Positions 1-9,723 of a stretch of 64,000 nt of DNA are shown here, one piece after another (within the stretch, counting starts at the first letter, position 1; every line of letters begins with the position of its first letter). The stretch is taken from assembly GCA_015062385.1 (NCBI GenBank), contig SUUT01000001.1, positions 38,619 to 102,618 on the forward strand, in the 5' to 3' direction. Origin of the DNA: Alphaproteobacteria bacterium. GTDB taxonomy: Bacteria; Pseudomonadota; Alphaproteobacteria; CAAHEQ01; UBA3637. A program made the translations under genes and the position numbers. Under the pieces are notes generated by a model. That model was not told the origin of the DNA. It was given only the letters and a program-made list of their open reading frames with translations, and ran no database searches.

Positions 1-744
1 CACAATAGCAATATCTTTATTCGTTAAGGCATTCATCAAACTGGATTTTCCTACATTCGGCACACCGATAAGGGCAATCTGAAATCCTTCCCGCAAACGT
101 TGACCTCGCTCGTTATCATCCAAATGTGCCAATATTTCTACCTGTAATGCACGTATATCCTGTTCAATTTGAGCTTCTTTTTCGGGAGGAATATCTTCTT
201 CCGGAAAATCAATAAATGCTTCCAAATACGCCATATGATGTACCAATAACTTCCGCCATCGTTCATACAAGGATCCTAATTGCCCCTCTGTTTGTGCCAA
301 AGCCTGTTTGCGTTGCTGTTCCGTTTGTGCATCAATCAAATCCATAATCCCTTCAGCCGCCGTTAAGTCCATTTTACCATAAACAACAGCCCGACGGGAA
401 AACTCTCCACGTTCGGCTGGACGCACTTCTGAAAATTCACTCAATCGCTTAAAAACCGCATCTATGACACTCGGTCCACCATGTACCTGAAATTCAACAA
501 CATCTTCACCCGTAAAACTATTCGGTCCTTTAAAATACAATACAAGGGCATGGTCAATGACTTCTCCCATCTTATCCATTAACGGTTTAAAATAAGCATA
601 TCGGGGAGTCGGATTTTCAATATGGGTAATTTCCTGAATTAAATATGTCACTCTACTGCCCGACACACGAATAACGGCTACTCCGCCTTTTCCTGCTCCG
701 GATGATAATGCATAAATAGTATCTGTTAAACAATATGAATACAT
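1..744 (-). CDS. mnmE: tRNA modification GTPase MnmE (TrmE), N-terminal about 248 aa. The gene continues beyond the window start.
   Basis: Reverse-strand translation from ATG at 744 gives MYSYCLTDTIYALSSGAGKGGVAVIRVSGS...IALIGVPNVGKSSLMNALTNKDIAIV. This is an MnmE N-domain plus a G1 P-loop. It is not in the ORF track because it is truncated at the window edge. The position next to yidC is typical. Confidence 0.8.
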   Translation of the reverse strand, partial: MYSYCLTDTIYALSSGAGKGGVAVIRVSGSRVTYLIQEITHIENPTPRYAYFKPLMDKMGEVIDHALVLYFKGPNSFTGEDVVEFQVHGGPSVIDAVFKRLSEFSEVRPAERGEFSRRAVVYGKMDLTAAEGIMDLIDAQTEQQRKQALAQTEGQLGSLYERWRKLLVHHMAYLEAFIDFPEEDIPPEKEAQIEQDIRALQVEILAHLDDNERGQRLREGFQIALIGVPNVGKSSLMNALTNKDIAIV

Positions 745-840
745 TTTTATTCCTCTGCTTTGTATCGATTTAAACCTAATCGACACATCAATTTAAAAAT
801 CTGTCAATACACTCTTACTTTTTTTAATTCAGCCAACCGA

Positions 841-1497
841 TTAAACGCCCTTTAAAACTTTAACAAATTGAGCCCGCACTTCTTCAATGCCCTTATTCTT
901 TTCCGAACTCGTCAATAAAACCTCCGGATAACAGGCAACGTGCTTTTGTGCTGTTTCTTTTGTTTGAGCCCAAACGGCTTCGGCTTGTTTCAACGGAATC
1001 TTATCGGCTTTTGTCAAAACAATTTGATAACTGACGGCAGCAGAATCCAACATTTTCATAATTTTTTCATCCACCGTTTTAATACCATGACGAGAATCAA
1101 TCAATAAAAATACCCGAGCCAACTGCACTCTGCCCCGTAAATAATCGTGAATCAAACGAGTCCAACTCTGAACCGTTTTTTCAGGGGCTGCCGCATAACC
1201 ATACCCCGGCAAATCAACAATAAAAAAATCCGGCGTTTCAAAATAATTCAATGATTGTGTTCGCCCTGGGGTATTAGATGCCCGAGCCAATCCTTTAACG
1301 CCTGTCACGGCATTAATCAAACTGGATTTTCCAACATTTGAACGACCGGCAAAGGCAAATTCCTTTTTATCTCCAATCGGTAATTGTTCAACACTGTTTA
1401 CACTGAGCCGATAAACGGGTTTTTCGGTAAAAACGGCATTTCCTTCTTTTAACAGGCTTTTGGTTGTATCTTCCGGTGTTAAATGAATAATCTCCAT
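841..1497 (-). CDS. engB: Ribosome biogenesis GTP-binding protein YihA/EngB
   Basis: 218 aa with P-loop GRSNVGKSSLINAV and a DLPGYGYA G3 region. It lies immediately downstream of yidC, as in many bacteria. Confidence 0.85.
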   Translation of the reverse strand: MEIIHLTPEDTTKSLLKEGNAVFTEKPVYRLSVNSVEQLPIGDKKEFAFAGRSNVGKSSLINAVTGVKGLARASNTPGRTQSLNYFETPDFFIVDLPGYGYAAAPEKTVQSWTRLIHDYLRGRVQLARVFLLIDSRHGIKTVDEKIMKMLDSAAVSYQIVLTKADKIPLKQAEAVWAQTKETAQKHVACYPEVLLTSSEKNKGIEEVRAQFVKVLKGV

Positions 1498-3231
1498 TTA
1501 CTTAACCCCCACTTTATGCATAATGTATTTTTGTTGAAAAATGGATAAAATGTTGCTCCACGTCCAGTATAAAATCAAACCGGCAGCAAATCCACCCAAC
1601 ATAAACGTAAATAGAACAGGCATCCATTTTAAAACCTTTGCCTGAACAGGATCCGGCGGGGTCGGATTAAACTTTTGCTGAATAACCATTGTCAACCCCA
1701 TCAGAATCGGCAAAACACCCAAATTCAAAAAGGCAGGAATCGGCCAATCCAAATAACCGAATGCCGTAAAGACAGAACTCGGATCAGGAACAGATAAATC
1801 TTCAATCCATCCGTAAAATGGTGCCTGACGCATATTAATGGAAACAGATAACACCTTATACAAGGCATAAAAGACCGGAATTTGTAAAAATATCGGTAAA
1901 CAACCGGATGCCGGAGATACTTTTTCCCGTTTATACAAATTCATCATTTCAATCTGTAACCGAGACGGATCGTTTTTAAAACGTGTTTTTAATTCTGTCA
2001 AACGTGGTTGCAATTTACGCATTTTAGCCATACTTTCATATGATTTTGTTGCAACAGGTAATAGCAGTAAGCGAATGAGCGTTGCAAAAACCAAAATGGC
2101 AATTCCCATATTTCCCAACAATCCGTATAACCAGTTTAAAATGTGTAAAAACGGTTTTGTTAGGAAATAAAACCATCCAAAATCAATGGTTAAATCAAAT
2201 TTCGGAATATTATATTGTTTTTCGTAACGGGTTAACAAATCAACTGTTTTGGCTCCTGCAAAAACACGACTGGTATGCGTATAACTTTCACCGGCCGGAA
2301 TTGTTATATAAACACCTGAAAATTCTGCTTTATAAACATCATTCAGCCCTTTTTCAAATCTGATTTTTCCCCATTCTTTACCATCTAAAATCAAAGCTGT
2401 TTGCCAATATTTATCCGTTATACCAAACCAACCGCCTTTTGTTTTTTCTTCAAATACTTCATCAGCAATATCATCATATTTTTCTTCAATCAGTTTATCT
2501 TTTAAAACGGCAATAAACCCTTCATGAACTGTGGAAACAGCAGGAACATCCGATAAAGTCCGCACAATTTCACCACCAAAATAAACCTGAATCGGTTTAT
2601 CGGTTAAATTGGTTAATGTATCAGTTGTTGAAACCATATAATCATTATCAACCGTTACTTGACGGGTTAATTTCAAATCATCCGTTTGCCCTGTGGCAAT
2701 AATTGTTTTATTTGGTTGCAACATTAAATCTTTATCCGTTGCTATCGGAACAGGAATAACAGCATCCGGACTTTTCCAGCCCATTTGCGTGTAATATGTA
2801 TCTGTTAACAATGAAACTGCCGGACTATTATCCTGTGTCGTTTGTTTGTATTTTAACAAATCAACCTGAGATAATTTCCCTTTTTGTATATTATAACTAC
2901 CTTTAATTGCTTCGTTTTGAATTTGAATAATCTGATCGGGAATAATTGGTTTTAAAACAGACGTTTCCGTTTGAATGCCTTGTTCTGAATTAATCCCTTT
3001 TGAATCAACAGATGCTAAATCAATTACTCCGGAATCACTCGTTTTGGCAATGCCGATTGTTTGTTCGGCAACCGTTTGATCCGACCCTGTTAACAATGTT
3101 TCCGTTTGTGGTTTCGGAAACAAGATATTTGTCCCATACAAAACACCTGTCACTAATAAGGCAGCAATAATTAAATTTTTTCTTTCTTGTTGTTCTTCCT
3201 GCAATTTCATTTTATTTCCTTTTACAAACAA
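1498..3231 (-). CDS. yidC: Membrane protein insertase YidC
   Basis: 577 aa with an N-terminal TM, a large periplasmic domain and a C-terminal 5-TM core (GCLPIFLQIPVFYALYKVL). Synteny with yidD, rnpA and rpmH supports the call. Confidence 0.9.
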   Translation of the reverse strand: MFVKGNKMKLQEEQQERKNLIIAALLVTGVLYGTNILFPKPQTETLLTGSDQTVAEQTIGIAKTSDSGVIDLASVDSKGINSEQGIQTETSVLKPIIPDQIIQIQNEAIKGSYNIQKGKLSQVDLLKYKQTTQDNSPAVSLLTDTYYTQMGWKSPDAVIPVPIATDKDLMLQPNKTIIATGQTDDLKLTRQVTVDNDYMVSTTDTLTNLTDKPIQVYFGGEIVRTLSDVPAVSTVHEGFIAVLKDKLIEEKYDDIADEVFEEKTKGGWFGITDKYWQTALILDGKEWGKIRFEKGLNDVYKAEFSGVYITIPAGESYTHTSRVFAGAKTVDLLTRYEKQYNIPKFDLTIDFGWFYFLTKPFLHILNWLYGLLGNMGIAILVFATLIRLLLLPVATKSYESMAKMRKLQPRLTELKTRFKNDPSRLQIEMMNLYKREKVSPASGCLPIFLQIPVFYALYKVLSVSINMRQAPFYGWIEDLSVPDPSSVFTAFGYLDWPIPAFLNLGVLPILMGLTMVIQQKFNPTPPDPVQAKVLKWMPVLFTFMLGGFAAGLILYWTWSNILSIFQQKYIMHKVGVK

Positions 3232-3266
3232 AAAACATTTTTATACAATAAAAAAACTCGAAATAA

Positions 3267-3560
3267 TCAATCTTTTGGCGGAACGGGATCATATCCCGAC
3301 TTTCCCCACGGATGACACTTCAAAATACGTTTGAGCGACAGCATAGCACCTTTTATAACACCATGCAACAAAAAAGCTTCTTTTGCATATGCTGAACACG
3401 TTGGCGTAAAACGACAGCAATTCGGTTTGAGCGGTGATAAAATTTTTTGATAAATCCAAATACAGCATAAAAACACCTGCAAACATATCTGCGATAAGAC
3501 TTGTTTTATCCGTTGAAACAACATTTTATTCCCCGATTTCCGAATTGGTTGTTGATACAT
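3267..3560 (-). CDS. yidD: Membrane protein insertion efficiency factor YidD. The true start is probably internal, at Met13.
   Basis: Motifs [14 protein letters not shown]...[17 protein letters not shown]. It overlaps the rnpA 3' end, as is usual. Confidence 0.75.
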   Translation of the reverse strand: MYQQPIRKSGNKMLFQRIKQVLSQICLQVFLCCIWIYQKILSPLKPNCCRFTPTCSAYAKEAFLLHGVIKGAMLSLKRILKCHPWGKSGYDPVPPKD

Positions 3561-4497
3561 AAAAAAACTTATCGTTTATTTTTGTTTTTTCACTTGTCTC
3601 CTCGGATAAGGTAGAAGATTGGTTGTTTTGCTCCGCCGGTGTTATCCGTTTACCAATCAAAGTGGAAACACTGTCTTTCTCGTTTTTCCCAACCTCCTCG
3701 GATAAGGTAGAAGATTGGTTGTTTTGCTCCGCCGGTATTATCCGTTTACCAATCAAAGTGGAAACACTGTCTTTCTCGTTTTTCCCAACCTCCTCGGATA
3801 AGGTAGAAGATTGGTTGTTTTGCTCCACCGGTGTTATCCGTTTACCAATCAAAGCGGAAGAACCGTCTTTCTCGTTTTTCCCAACCTCCTCGGATAAAGT
3901 AGAAGATTGGTTGTTTTGCTCCGCCGGTATTATCCGTTTACCAATCAAAGCGGAAGAACCGTCTTTCCCATTTTTCCCGATCTCCTCGAATAAGGTAGAA
4001 GATTGGTTGTTTTGCTCCGCCGATATTATCCGTTTACCAATCAAAGTGGAAACACTGTCTTTCTCGTTTTTCCCAACCTCCTCGGATAAGGTAGAAGATG
4101 CAACCGAATCCGACTTCTCTTTACCGGATAACCGCTGTTCATAATCTGCTTGAACGGCACGCAACAAATACAGTGCATCTTTTTTCAACGCCTCAAAAGA
4201 ACGGGTTGCCGTATTAAAACGACCGATAAAAACATAATTATACCCTATGGGGGCTTCGGGAGCAAAAAACAACCGAACAACTTCTCTCATTCTGCGTCTA
4301 ACCTTGTTGCGAACAACAGCCGACCCCAGTTTTTTTGTTGTAGTAAAACCAACCTGCAAAATATCTTTTTGATTTTCAATTACCTGACAAATCAGTCCAG
4401 ATGAAACATATTTTCGTCCGTTATTAGAGGCCAATAAAAAATATTTACGCTTGCGAATACGAGACGGCAATGTAAACTTTTTTTCACTCATAAACAA
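3526..4497 (-). CDS. rnpA: RNase P protein component RnpA with an in-frame C-terminal extension of about 200 aa. The extension is built from 32-aa tandem repeats.
   Basis: The N-terminal 120 aa match RnpA ([17 protein letters not shown]...[18 protein letters not shown]). The ORF then continues in-frame through about 5.2 copies of [32 protein letters not shown]. Confidence 0.75.
   Translation of the reverse strand: MFMSEKKFTLPSRIRKRKYFLLASNNGRKYVSSGLICQVIENQKDILQVGFTTTKKLGSAVVRNKVRRRMREVVRLFFAPEAPIGYNYVFIGRFNTATRSFEALKKDALYLLRAVQADYEQRLSGKEKSDSVASSTLSEEVGKNEKDSVSTLIGKRIISAEQNNQSSTLFEEIGKNGKDGSSALIGKRIIPAEQNNQSSTLSEEVGKNEKDGSSALIGKRITPVEQNNQSSTLSEEVGKNEKDSVSTLIGKRIIPAEQNNQSSTLSEEVGKNEKDSVSTLIGKRITPAEQNNQSSTLSEETSEKTKINDKFFYVSTTNSEIGE
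3599..4100. repeat. 96-bp tandem direct repeat, about 5.2 copies (starts at 3599, 3695, 3791, 3887, 3983, with a partial copy at 4079). It lies inside the rnpA 3' coding region.
   Basis: Direct reading: the unit tcctcggataaggtagaagattggttgttttgctccgccggtgttatccgtttaccaatcaaagtggaaacactgtctttctcgtttttcccaacc recurs with a few substitutions. Confidence 0.9.
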
Positions 4498-4699
4498 ATC
4501 CTTATCTCCACCGGTTTAACAAACCAATTCAACAAAAATCAAAAGAACCAAACCATTAACTGTATCCGTTGATTTGATAAACACAAGGGCACTATTGTTA
4601 ACATTTTATCACTCATCCCCTCATTCAACTCACCGAATAAAAAAAGGAACGAATACACTGACACGTTCCTTTTTGCAATAGGCTAATCTCTTTAAGCAA

Positions 4700-4834
4700 T
4701 TAAGCACTTAAAACTTTACGACCTTTACGACGGCGTGCATTTAAAACTTTACGACCGCCAACTGTGGCCATTCTTGCCCGAAAACCATGACGACGTGTCC
4801 GAACAAGTTTACTTGGTTGATATGTACGTTTCAT
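4700..4834 (-). CDS. rpmH: 50S ribosomal protein L34
   Basis: Manual reverse translation gives [44 protein letters not shown] (44 aa). It is shorter than the ORF-track cutoff. Confidence 0.9.
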   Translation of the reverse strand: MKRTYQPSKLVRTRRHGFRARMATVGGRKVLNARRRKGRKVLSA

Positions 4835-4982
4835 TTTCATTCTCCATCAAATAACAATTAAAAAAATGTTAAGGCTTTTATACCTTCTTTTTTTATGAAA
4901 GTCAAGTATTATTTTGTAATTTCTATAAAAAAATAAAACCAAAACCAAAATTATTTTGTTATTTAAGGTTTTTAACAATTTT

Positions 4983-5007
4983 GCGGACGGATAAAAATCC
5001 GCCCGCC
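4983..5007 (-). terminator. Candidate intrinsic terminator downstream of the 5023..5262 gene
   Basis: gcggacggat-aaaa-atccgcccgc forms a 10-bp stem with one mismatch. A T-rich run follows on the minus strand. Confidence 0.35.
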
Positions 5008-5022
5008 GTTATATTTTCATAC

Positions 5023-5262
5023 TTATTTTTTAAATAAATTACAGTGACAATGTCCCATTTCGGCAATTTCTTTTTCGTGTTCACCACATGGGCAGAAACC
5101 TCGGGATACATCACACGGACAATGACCATCACAAGCATTTAAACACCGATTAATAATCCGATCAGCAAACGGTGTTAATTGATACCCTTTTGATTTTGCA
5201 TATAATTCCAACGCATGTTTAAAATGATTGTTATTATTTAAAACGCTTTCGTCTTTTTCCAT
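5023..5262 (-). CDS. Small Cys-rich protein resembling the ferredoxin-thioredoxin reductase catalytic subunit
   Basis: 79 aa. CPCDVSRGFCPCGEHEKEIAEMGHCHCNLF matches the CPC...CPC...CHC arrangement of FTR-like proteins. Confidence 0.5.
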   Translation of the reverse strand: MEKDESVLNNNNHFKHALELYAKSKGYQLTPFADRIINRCLNACDGHCPCDVSRGFCPCGEHEKEIAEMGHCHCNLFKK

Positions 5263-5278
5263 TTTATTCTCCTTGTTG

Positions 5279-5890
5279 TTATATTAAAAACTGCAAGCCA
5301 TACAAAACAACGGATGCACATAAACCGGCCATAACATCATCCGTCATCACACCAAACGCATTTTGCACTTTTTTGTCAAAATAAGAAACCGGACCCATTT
5401 TAACAATATCAAAAAAGCGAAAAAATGCAAAACCGATTACATAATGATACCACATTATTCCCAAACCGGCAACCCATAAAAAAGTTAATGTCTGCCCGAC
5501 CGTTTCATCAATCACGACAAAACCCGGATCGTGCTTTTCTTGTGTTTTCAACACAATGTGTGTTGCCCACCAACCGATAAAAAACACAACAACCGAAACC
5601 GTCAAAATTCCCAACCATCCATACGGGGCCACAACATAAACAAGTGGCAAAGAACAAAGCGAACCGACCGTTCCGGGAGCTTTCGGGGATAATCCACTTC
5701 CGAACCATGTTGCAAAAATATATGCGATTTTTACCAAAAGCGTTTCTTTTTCTTCCGTCATTTCGGGCTTAATCCGGAGTCTCGCTTTTTCCAAAGACGT
5801 TTCTTTTTCTTCCGTCACTTCGGGCTTGGCCCGAAGCATCGTTTCTTCCAAAGGTAGTTCTTTTTTTATCTGTTGCATCCGTTTCATCAA
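5279..5890 (-). CDS. pgpA: Phosphatidylglycerophosphatase A with an N-terminal repeat extension of about 55 aa
   Basis: GSGLSPKAPGTVGSLCSLPL and TDDVMAG motifs. The N-terminus has two 17-aa repeats (LRAKPEVTEEKETSL / LRIKPEMTEEKETLL), encoded by a 51-bp DNA repeat at about 5720-5830. Confidence 0.75.
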   Translation of the reverse strand: MMKRMQQIKKELPLEETMLRAKPEVTEEKETSLEKARLRIKPEMTEEKETLLVKIAYIFATWFGSGLSPKAPGTVGSLCSLPLVYVVAPYGWLGILTVSVVVFFIGWWATHIVLKTQEKHDPGFVVIDETVGQTLTFLWVAGLGIMWYHYVIGFAFFRFFDIVKMGPVSYFDKKVQNAFGVMTDDVMAGLCASVVLYGLQFLI

Positions 5891-5899
5891 ACACTCTCT

Positions 5900-7342
5900 T
5901 TACGATTTTTTTGTCGGCATCGGAGCCCGAAACTTACTTTTGTTTTTTTCTTGAGAATCAACCGTTACTTCCGGAAGAATTTCTTTCTTCTCCTCTTTTT
6001 CCATCTCCGTTCCGGACATCATCATACTGAAATTAGCTTTTATCTGTTCCAATTCCGCCGAATAACCGACATCTTGTTGATCTTCATCAATGTCATCATC
6101 ATCCATATCAACATCATCATCCAATGGTTCCTCATCATCAAAATCATCATCTGTCGTATCATCATCTTCCTCAATAAATTCTTCATCATCTTCAACAAAA
6201 TCTTCTTCACTATCAAAATCTGACATTGATGCATCTGCATTGACTTCGGAGTCAAATGAATCTTCTGAAACGTCTGCCGATGCAGCTTGTGTTTCAGCTT
6301 GTGTGGGTTGTGCTGATTGATTCACTTGTGCTTGTTGAGTACCTTGTTCCGATTGTGCCGGCAATGCGGATTGTACCTGTTTTTGTTTTAACGGCACTTT
6401 TTGAACCGGATGCGGGGCCGGATCTGTTTCACCGGGTTTCAAATCAAAATAAGCACTTAAAAACGAAGCCAAATCCGGCAATTCGGATGATGGTTCCGCA
6501 TTATTATATCCGATTAAAAAGATGCCTTTTGATTTAAAATATTCAACAGCCTGTTTAGCATTTAAAATACGCCCATCCATAATCAAAATAGCCGATAATA
6601 TTTCCGAATTCGGTTCCGAACGAGCTAATGAAGCCGATGCCCCCAACAAATCTTTTGCCAAACGTTCCATCACGCCCCCTTCGGAATACCAACCACTTTG
6701 GGTAACATCATCCGTAAATTCAACCGACCAATTCACATTCTTTTTGTTCACAATTTCAATCAAGACGGCTCGTGCATCTGTTGAAATAGCCAACGGTACA
6801 CGATTTCCCTCCAATAAGATATGTTGAAATATTTCTACTTTATACTTTTTGGCAAGCGTTGCAACCATTCGTATCATCTGAACCAAATTGGTATGACTTT
6901 TTGCCCCTGGAGCCACAGTTTCCACCTGATTAGGTAATTTAGGAGCAACATACCGACTGGCTTGAACGGTAGAAGGCATTTTGCGAGGCATATGATAAAT
7001 CGGTTTATTTTCATTCAATTCAAATACTTTTCTTTTAATTTTCCGCCGACGAGGAGCCGGTTTAAATTTTTTCCAATTAACCCGATACAGAAAAAACCAC
7101 CCGATAAACCAAAACGGAATCCACAACAACATAACCAACAATAACCGTAATTCCGTTAACGTATTAACCCGCCATTTATAATTGATAAAATCATTGTATT
7201 TTTCTGCCCAAGCCGTGTGGGAGAGCAAATCAAAATCAACCCAATATCCGACAAACGGAACAATCAAATAAAAGTAAAACGGTGTCCAAAAAAGACCTGT
7301 CAATACCAATTTCAAAAAACTTATTTTTTTATTTTTTGCCAT
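5900..7342 (-). CDS. Hypothetical membrane protein (2 N-terminal TM helices) with a Q-rich linker and a 60-aa poly-Asp/Glu C-terminal tail
   Basis: 480-aa ORF. The TM segments are followed by a basic RRRKIKRK stretch. The tail is DDDVDMDDDDIDEDQQD...FDDEEPLDDD, encoded at about 6080-6290. Confidence 0.55.
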   Translation of the reverse strand: MAKNKKISFLKLVLTGLFWTPFYFYLIVPFVGYWVDFDLLSHTAWAEKYNDFINYKWRVNTLTELRLLLVMLLWIPFWFIGWFFLYRVNWKKFKPAPRRRKIKRKVFELNENKPIYHMPRKMPSTVQASRYVAPKLPNQVETVAPGAKSHTNLVQMIRMVATLAKKYKVEIFQHILLEGNRVPLAISTDARAVLIEIVNKKNVNWSVEFTDDVTQSGWYSEGGVMERLAKDLLGASASLARSEPNSEILSAILIMDGRILNAKQAVEYFKSKGIFLIGYNNAEPSSELPDLASFLSAYFDLKPGETDPAPHPVQKVPLKQKQVQSALPAQSEQGTQQAQVNQSAQPTQAETQAASADVSEDSFDSEVNADASMSDFDSEEDFVEDDEEFIEEDDDTTDDDFDDEEPLDDDVDMDDDDIDEDQQDVGYSAELEQIKANFSMMMSGTEMEKEEKKEILPEVTVDSQEKNKSKFRAPMPTKKS

Positions 7343-7367
7343 AAATCTCCCCTTTTAAATACAGCAT

Positions 7368-9659
7368 TTACATTGCCCGTCCGGTTGTACGTGTCGGTTT
7401 TGGGGCTTGATATGTCGGTGTTTGGCCTGAACGTCCCATTGCCAACTGACGTTGTCGTTGCCGATTTGCACTTGCTGCTTCATCATTAGCTTTTTTCTTA
7501 CGGTCAACATCACGTGCCTGTGCATCCAATTCCTCTTTTCGCCGATTATCTACCGGCATACGTGTTCCGTCCGGCATTGTCACAACCGGATTTTTAACCG
7601 TTCCCGAAATTCTAACCTCTGCCAAATCATCCATTTGAACAGATGCCAATGCCTCGGCTTTTTGACGTTCATGTTCATTATCCCGCACATTTTTCGGTGA
7701 TTGTACACCATTTGATCCATGTTGCACGGCATCGGCTTTTGTTTCCCGAACATTATTTGCATTTGATACCTGTTTCGGAGCCTTTACGCCGGTCGATGAT
7801 TGTACAATATTTGGGTTTTGAACATCGGTTGAAGCCTGCAAATCGGCAGTCGGTTGCACACCGCTCGACTGTACATTATTCGGACTTGGCATACCGTTTG
7901 GAACCTGCTCTTTTGTTGAAGACTGCAAACCGGCAGTCGGTTGCACATTGTTCGACTGTACATTATTCGGACTTGATATACCATTTGGTGCTTGCCCTTT
8001 TGTCGAAGCCTGCAAATCGGCAACAGTTTGCTCCAACTCTTGAATCTTTGCCTGTTGAACAGCAACTTGTTCATCCGGAGACATCAATGAAACATTTTCC
8101 ATTTCCTTTGAAGCCGATACGATTTGTTTCATCTCGTCATATGATTGTTTAATACCCGTCATTTCGTAAACATAATTTTTAAATTCGGGCAAATGTGCAT
8201 ATGTTGCTAAATATTGACCGTATTTCTTTCGCTGTGATGATGACATTTTATCAAAATCAACACTTCCATCCGATTTTGTCGGCAATCTTTTTGCAAACTC
8301 TCTTTTCTCCAACAATGCTTTTTCGTATTTGGTATATGGACCTTTTTCCGGAATAATGGCATAATTCGGGTCTTGCAAAATCCATTTTTGTCCGTCACGA
8401 GCCAATTTAGTCGATAAATCCAATTTGCTCAAACCACGATTTCTTAAATTATCGGCAATAAATTCACCCCGTTTTTCAACGGCTTTTTTGGCATCTTCTT
8501 TTTGACTTAAACGTTTTTGTTTTAAATATTCTTTTAAAGAATCCAACGGAACCATTATACCGGCAACAAGAATATCCAATGCAAAATCGGCCATATCTTT
8601 TTCGGATCCGATTTTATCAATATGTTTGGATACCCCTTGCTTATATACCGTTTCCCAATCGGTTTTGCGTTTATCGGCACTACCCAATTTAACACCATCC
8701 ACATAACCGTATTGACCTTTATCTGCAAAAGAATCATTTAATTTACGAATATCTTCTTCTGCTTTATCCGGCTCATTTGTACCAACCTTAAAGGCATCAT
8801 GCAAATCACGCATTTCTTTGGCTTCCTGCGACATCTCAAACGTATTACCGGAACGAATTGTTTCATTTTCCGAATGAGGCGTGCCTGTAAAATCAACTGT
8901 TTTTGTTTCTCCATCCGCCGTATTATCCGTCATCGGTTGCGGGGCAAACCCCGTTTGCATTTCCACATCCGGCGAAAAATTAACATCTGCCGTATTTCCC
9001 GTATCCGTCATATTAATCGTCGTGTCCGGCTGAGACAAATCCAAATGTTCCGTATACAACGGGGTATCCGGTTTAAATTCCACCGTTCCCGTTTCTAAAG
9101 TGCCGGTTTGCGGTTCAACCGCATCCCGATAATCCCGCATACCGGACTTTGTCTCAAACATACCATGTTGTTCATATGTATCCATACGGGCTTCATTTTC
9201 TTGCACAACAGAATTGACCTGTTCTGTTTCTGCCTGCGGTAACGGCCCTTCCTGAAAAGCCTGTGCATAATTTGTCCTCAAATAAGAAACACCGGCTTCT
9301 AATTGCGGTTTTTGTTCCATAAACTGTTCTTCTTCGGCAGAAAGAGCCTGTTCTTGTTTTTCTTTTTTATCTTGCAGATAATGATATGCTTGAACAGCCT
9401 GAACCGTCTGACGAACAAACGTATCCCTTTGAACGGTTGCCTGTACTTGTTGAAACACTTCAGGCTTTGTTTGAACGGACACCTGATTCATCGCCTGTTG
9501 AAGACGCCCCATATCGCCTGTTTGAGCAGCTACCCGTATTTCTCTAATCGGTTGAAGGACCGGCGTTCCGGAAAAAAACTCTTCCATTTCGGCCATTTCG
9601 CCATCCGTTGCCGTTAACAATTTTGCAATTTGTTCTTCACTCATTAAAGATTCAGCCAT
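7368..9659 (-). CDS. Large hypothetical protein (763 aa). It is low-complexity and Q/N/S/T-rich, and contains 31-aa repeats.
   Basis: Long ORF with no recognisable catalytic motif. About 2.4 copies of a 93-bp repeat at about 7838-8040 encode LQASTKGQAPNGISSPNNVQS-like units. Confidence 0.55.
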   Translation of the reverse strand: MAESLMSEEQIAKLLTATDGEMAEMEEFFSGTPVLQPIREIRVAAQTGDMGRLQQAMNQVSVQTKPEVFQQVQATVQRDTFVRQTVQAVQAYHYLQDKKEKQEQALSAEEEQFMEQKPQLEAGVSYLRTNYAQAFQEGPLPQAETEQVNSVVQENEARMDTYEQHGMFETKSGMRDYRDAVEPQTGTLETGTVEFKPDTPLYTEHLDLSQPDTTINMTDTGNTADVNFSPDVEMQTGFAPQPMTDNTADGETKTVDFTGTPHSENETIRSGNTFEMSQEAKEMRDLHDAFKVGTNEPDKAEEDIRKLNDSFADKGQYGYVDGVKLGSADKRKTDWETVYKQGVSKHIDKIGSEKDMADFALDILVAGIMVPLDSLKEYLKQKRLSQKEDAKKAVEKRGEFIADNLRNRGLSKLDLSTKLARDGQKWILQDPNYAIIPEKGPYTKYEKALLEKREFAKRLPTKSDGSVDFDKMSSSQRKKYGQYLATYAHLPEFKNYVYEMTGIKQSYDEMKQIVSASKEMENVSLMSPDEQVAVQQAKIQELEQTVADLQASTKGQAPNGISSPNNVQSNNVQPTAGLQSSTKEQVPNGMPSPNNVQSSGVQPTADLQASTDVQNPNIVQSSTGVKAPKQVSNANNVRETKADAVQHGSNGVQSPKNVRDNEHERQKAEALASVQMDDLAEVRISGTVKNPVVTMPDGTRMPVDNRRKEELDAQARDVDRKKKANDEAASANRQRQRQLAMGRSGQTPTYQAPKPTRTTGRAM

Positions 9660-9723
9660 ATTTCCCTCGCTTTCAATACGTTGTTTTGCACATTATATCA
9701 ATACTTGCATTAATTGTCAAACG

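Noticed and set aside
3599-4100. CRISPR-like regular repeats
   Set aside because: The 96-bp units are contiguous with no spacers. They are protein-coding and in-frame. No cas genes are present.
3623-4144. A 173-aa ORF on the + strand antisense to rnpA, and similar + strand ORFs at 59034/59496/59958
   Set aside because: These are frame artefacts of tandem repeats, open in several frames. The opposite-strand genes carry recognisable RnpA and pilin-leader features.
4835-5022. Possible oriC or dnaA region upstream of rpmH
   Set aside because: No dnaA gene follows. The next gene is on the same strand, and no clustered DnaA boxes (TTATCCACA-like) are visible. The AT-rich spacer looks like an ordinary promoter region.
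6040-6320. Short ORFs rich in S, or in M and I, overlapping the acidic-tail region
   Set aside because: These are shadow frames of GAT/GAA-rich coding sequence.
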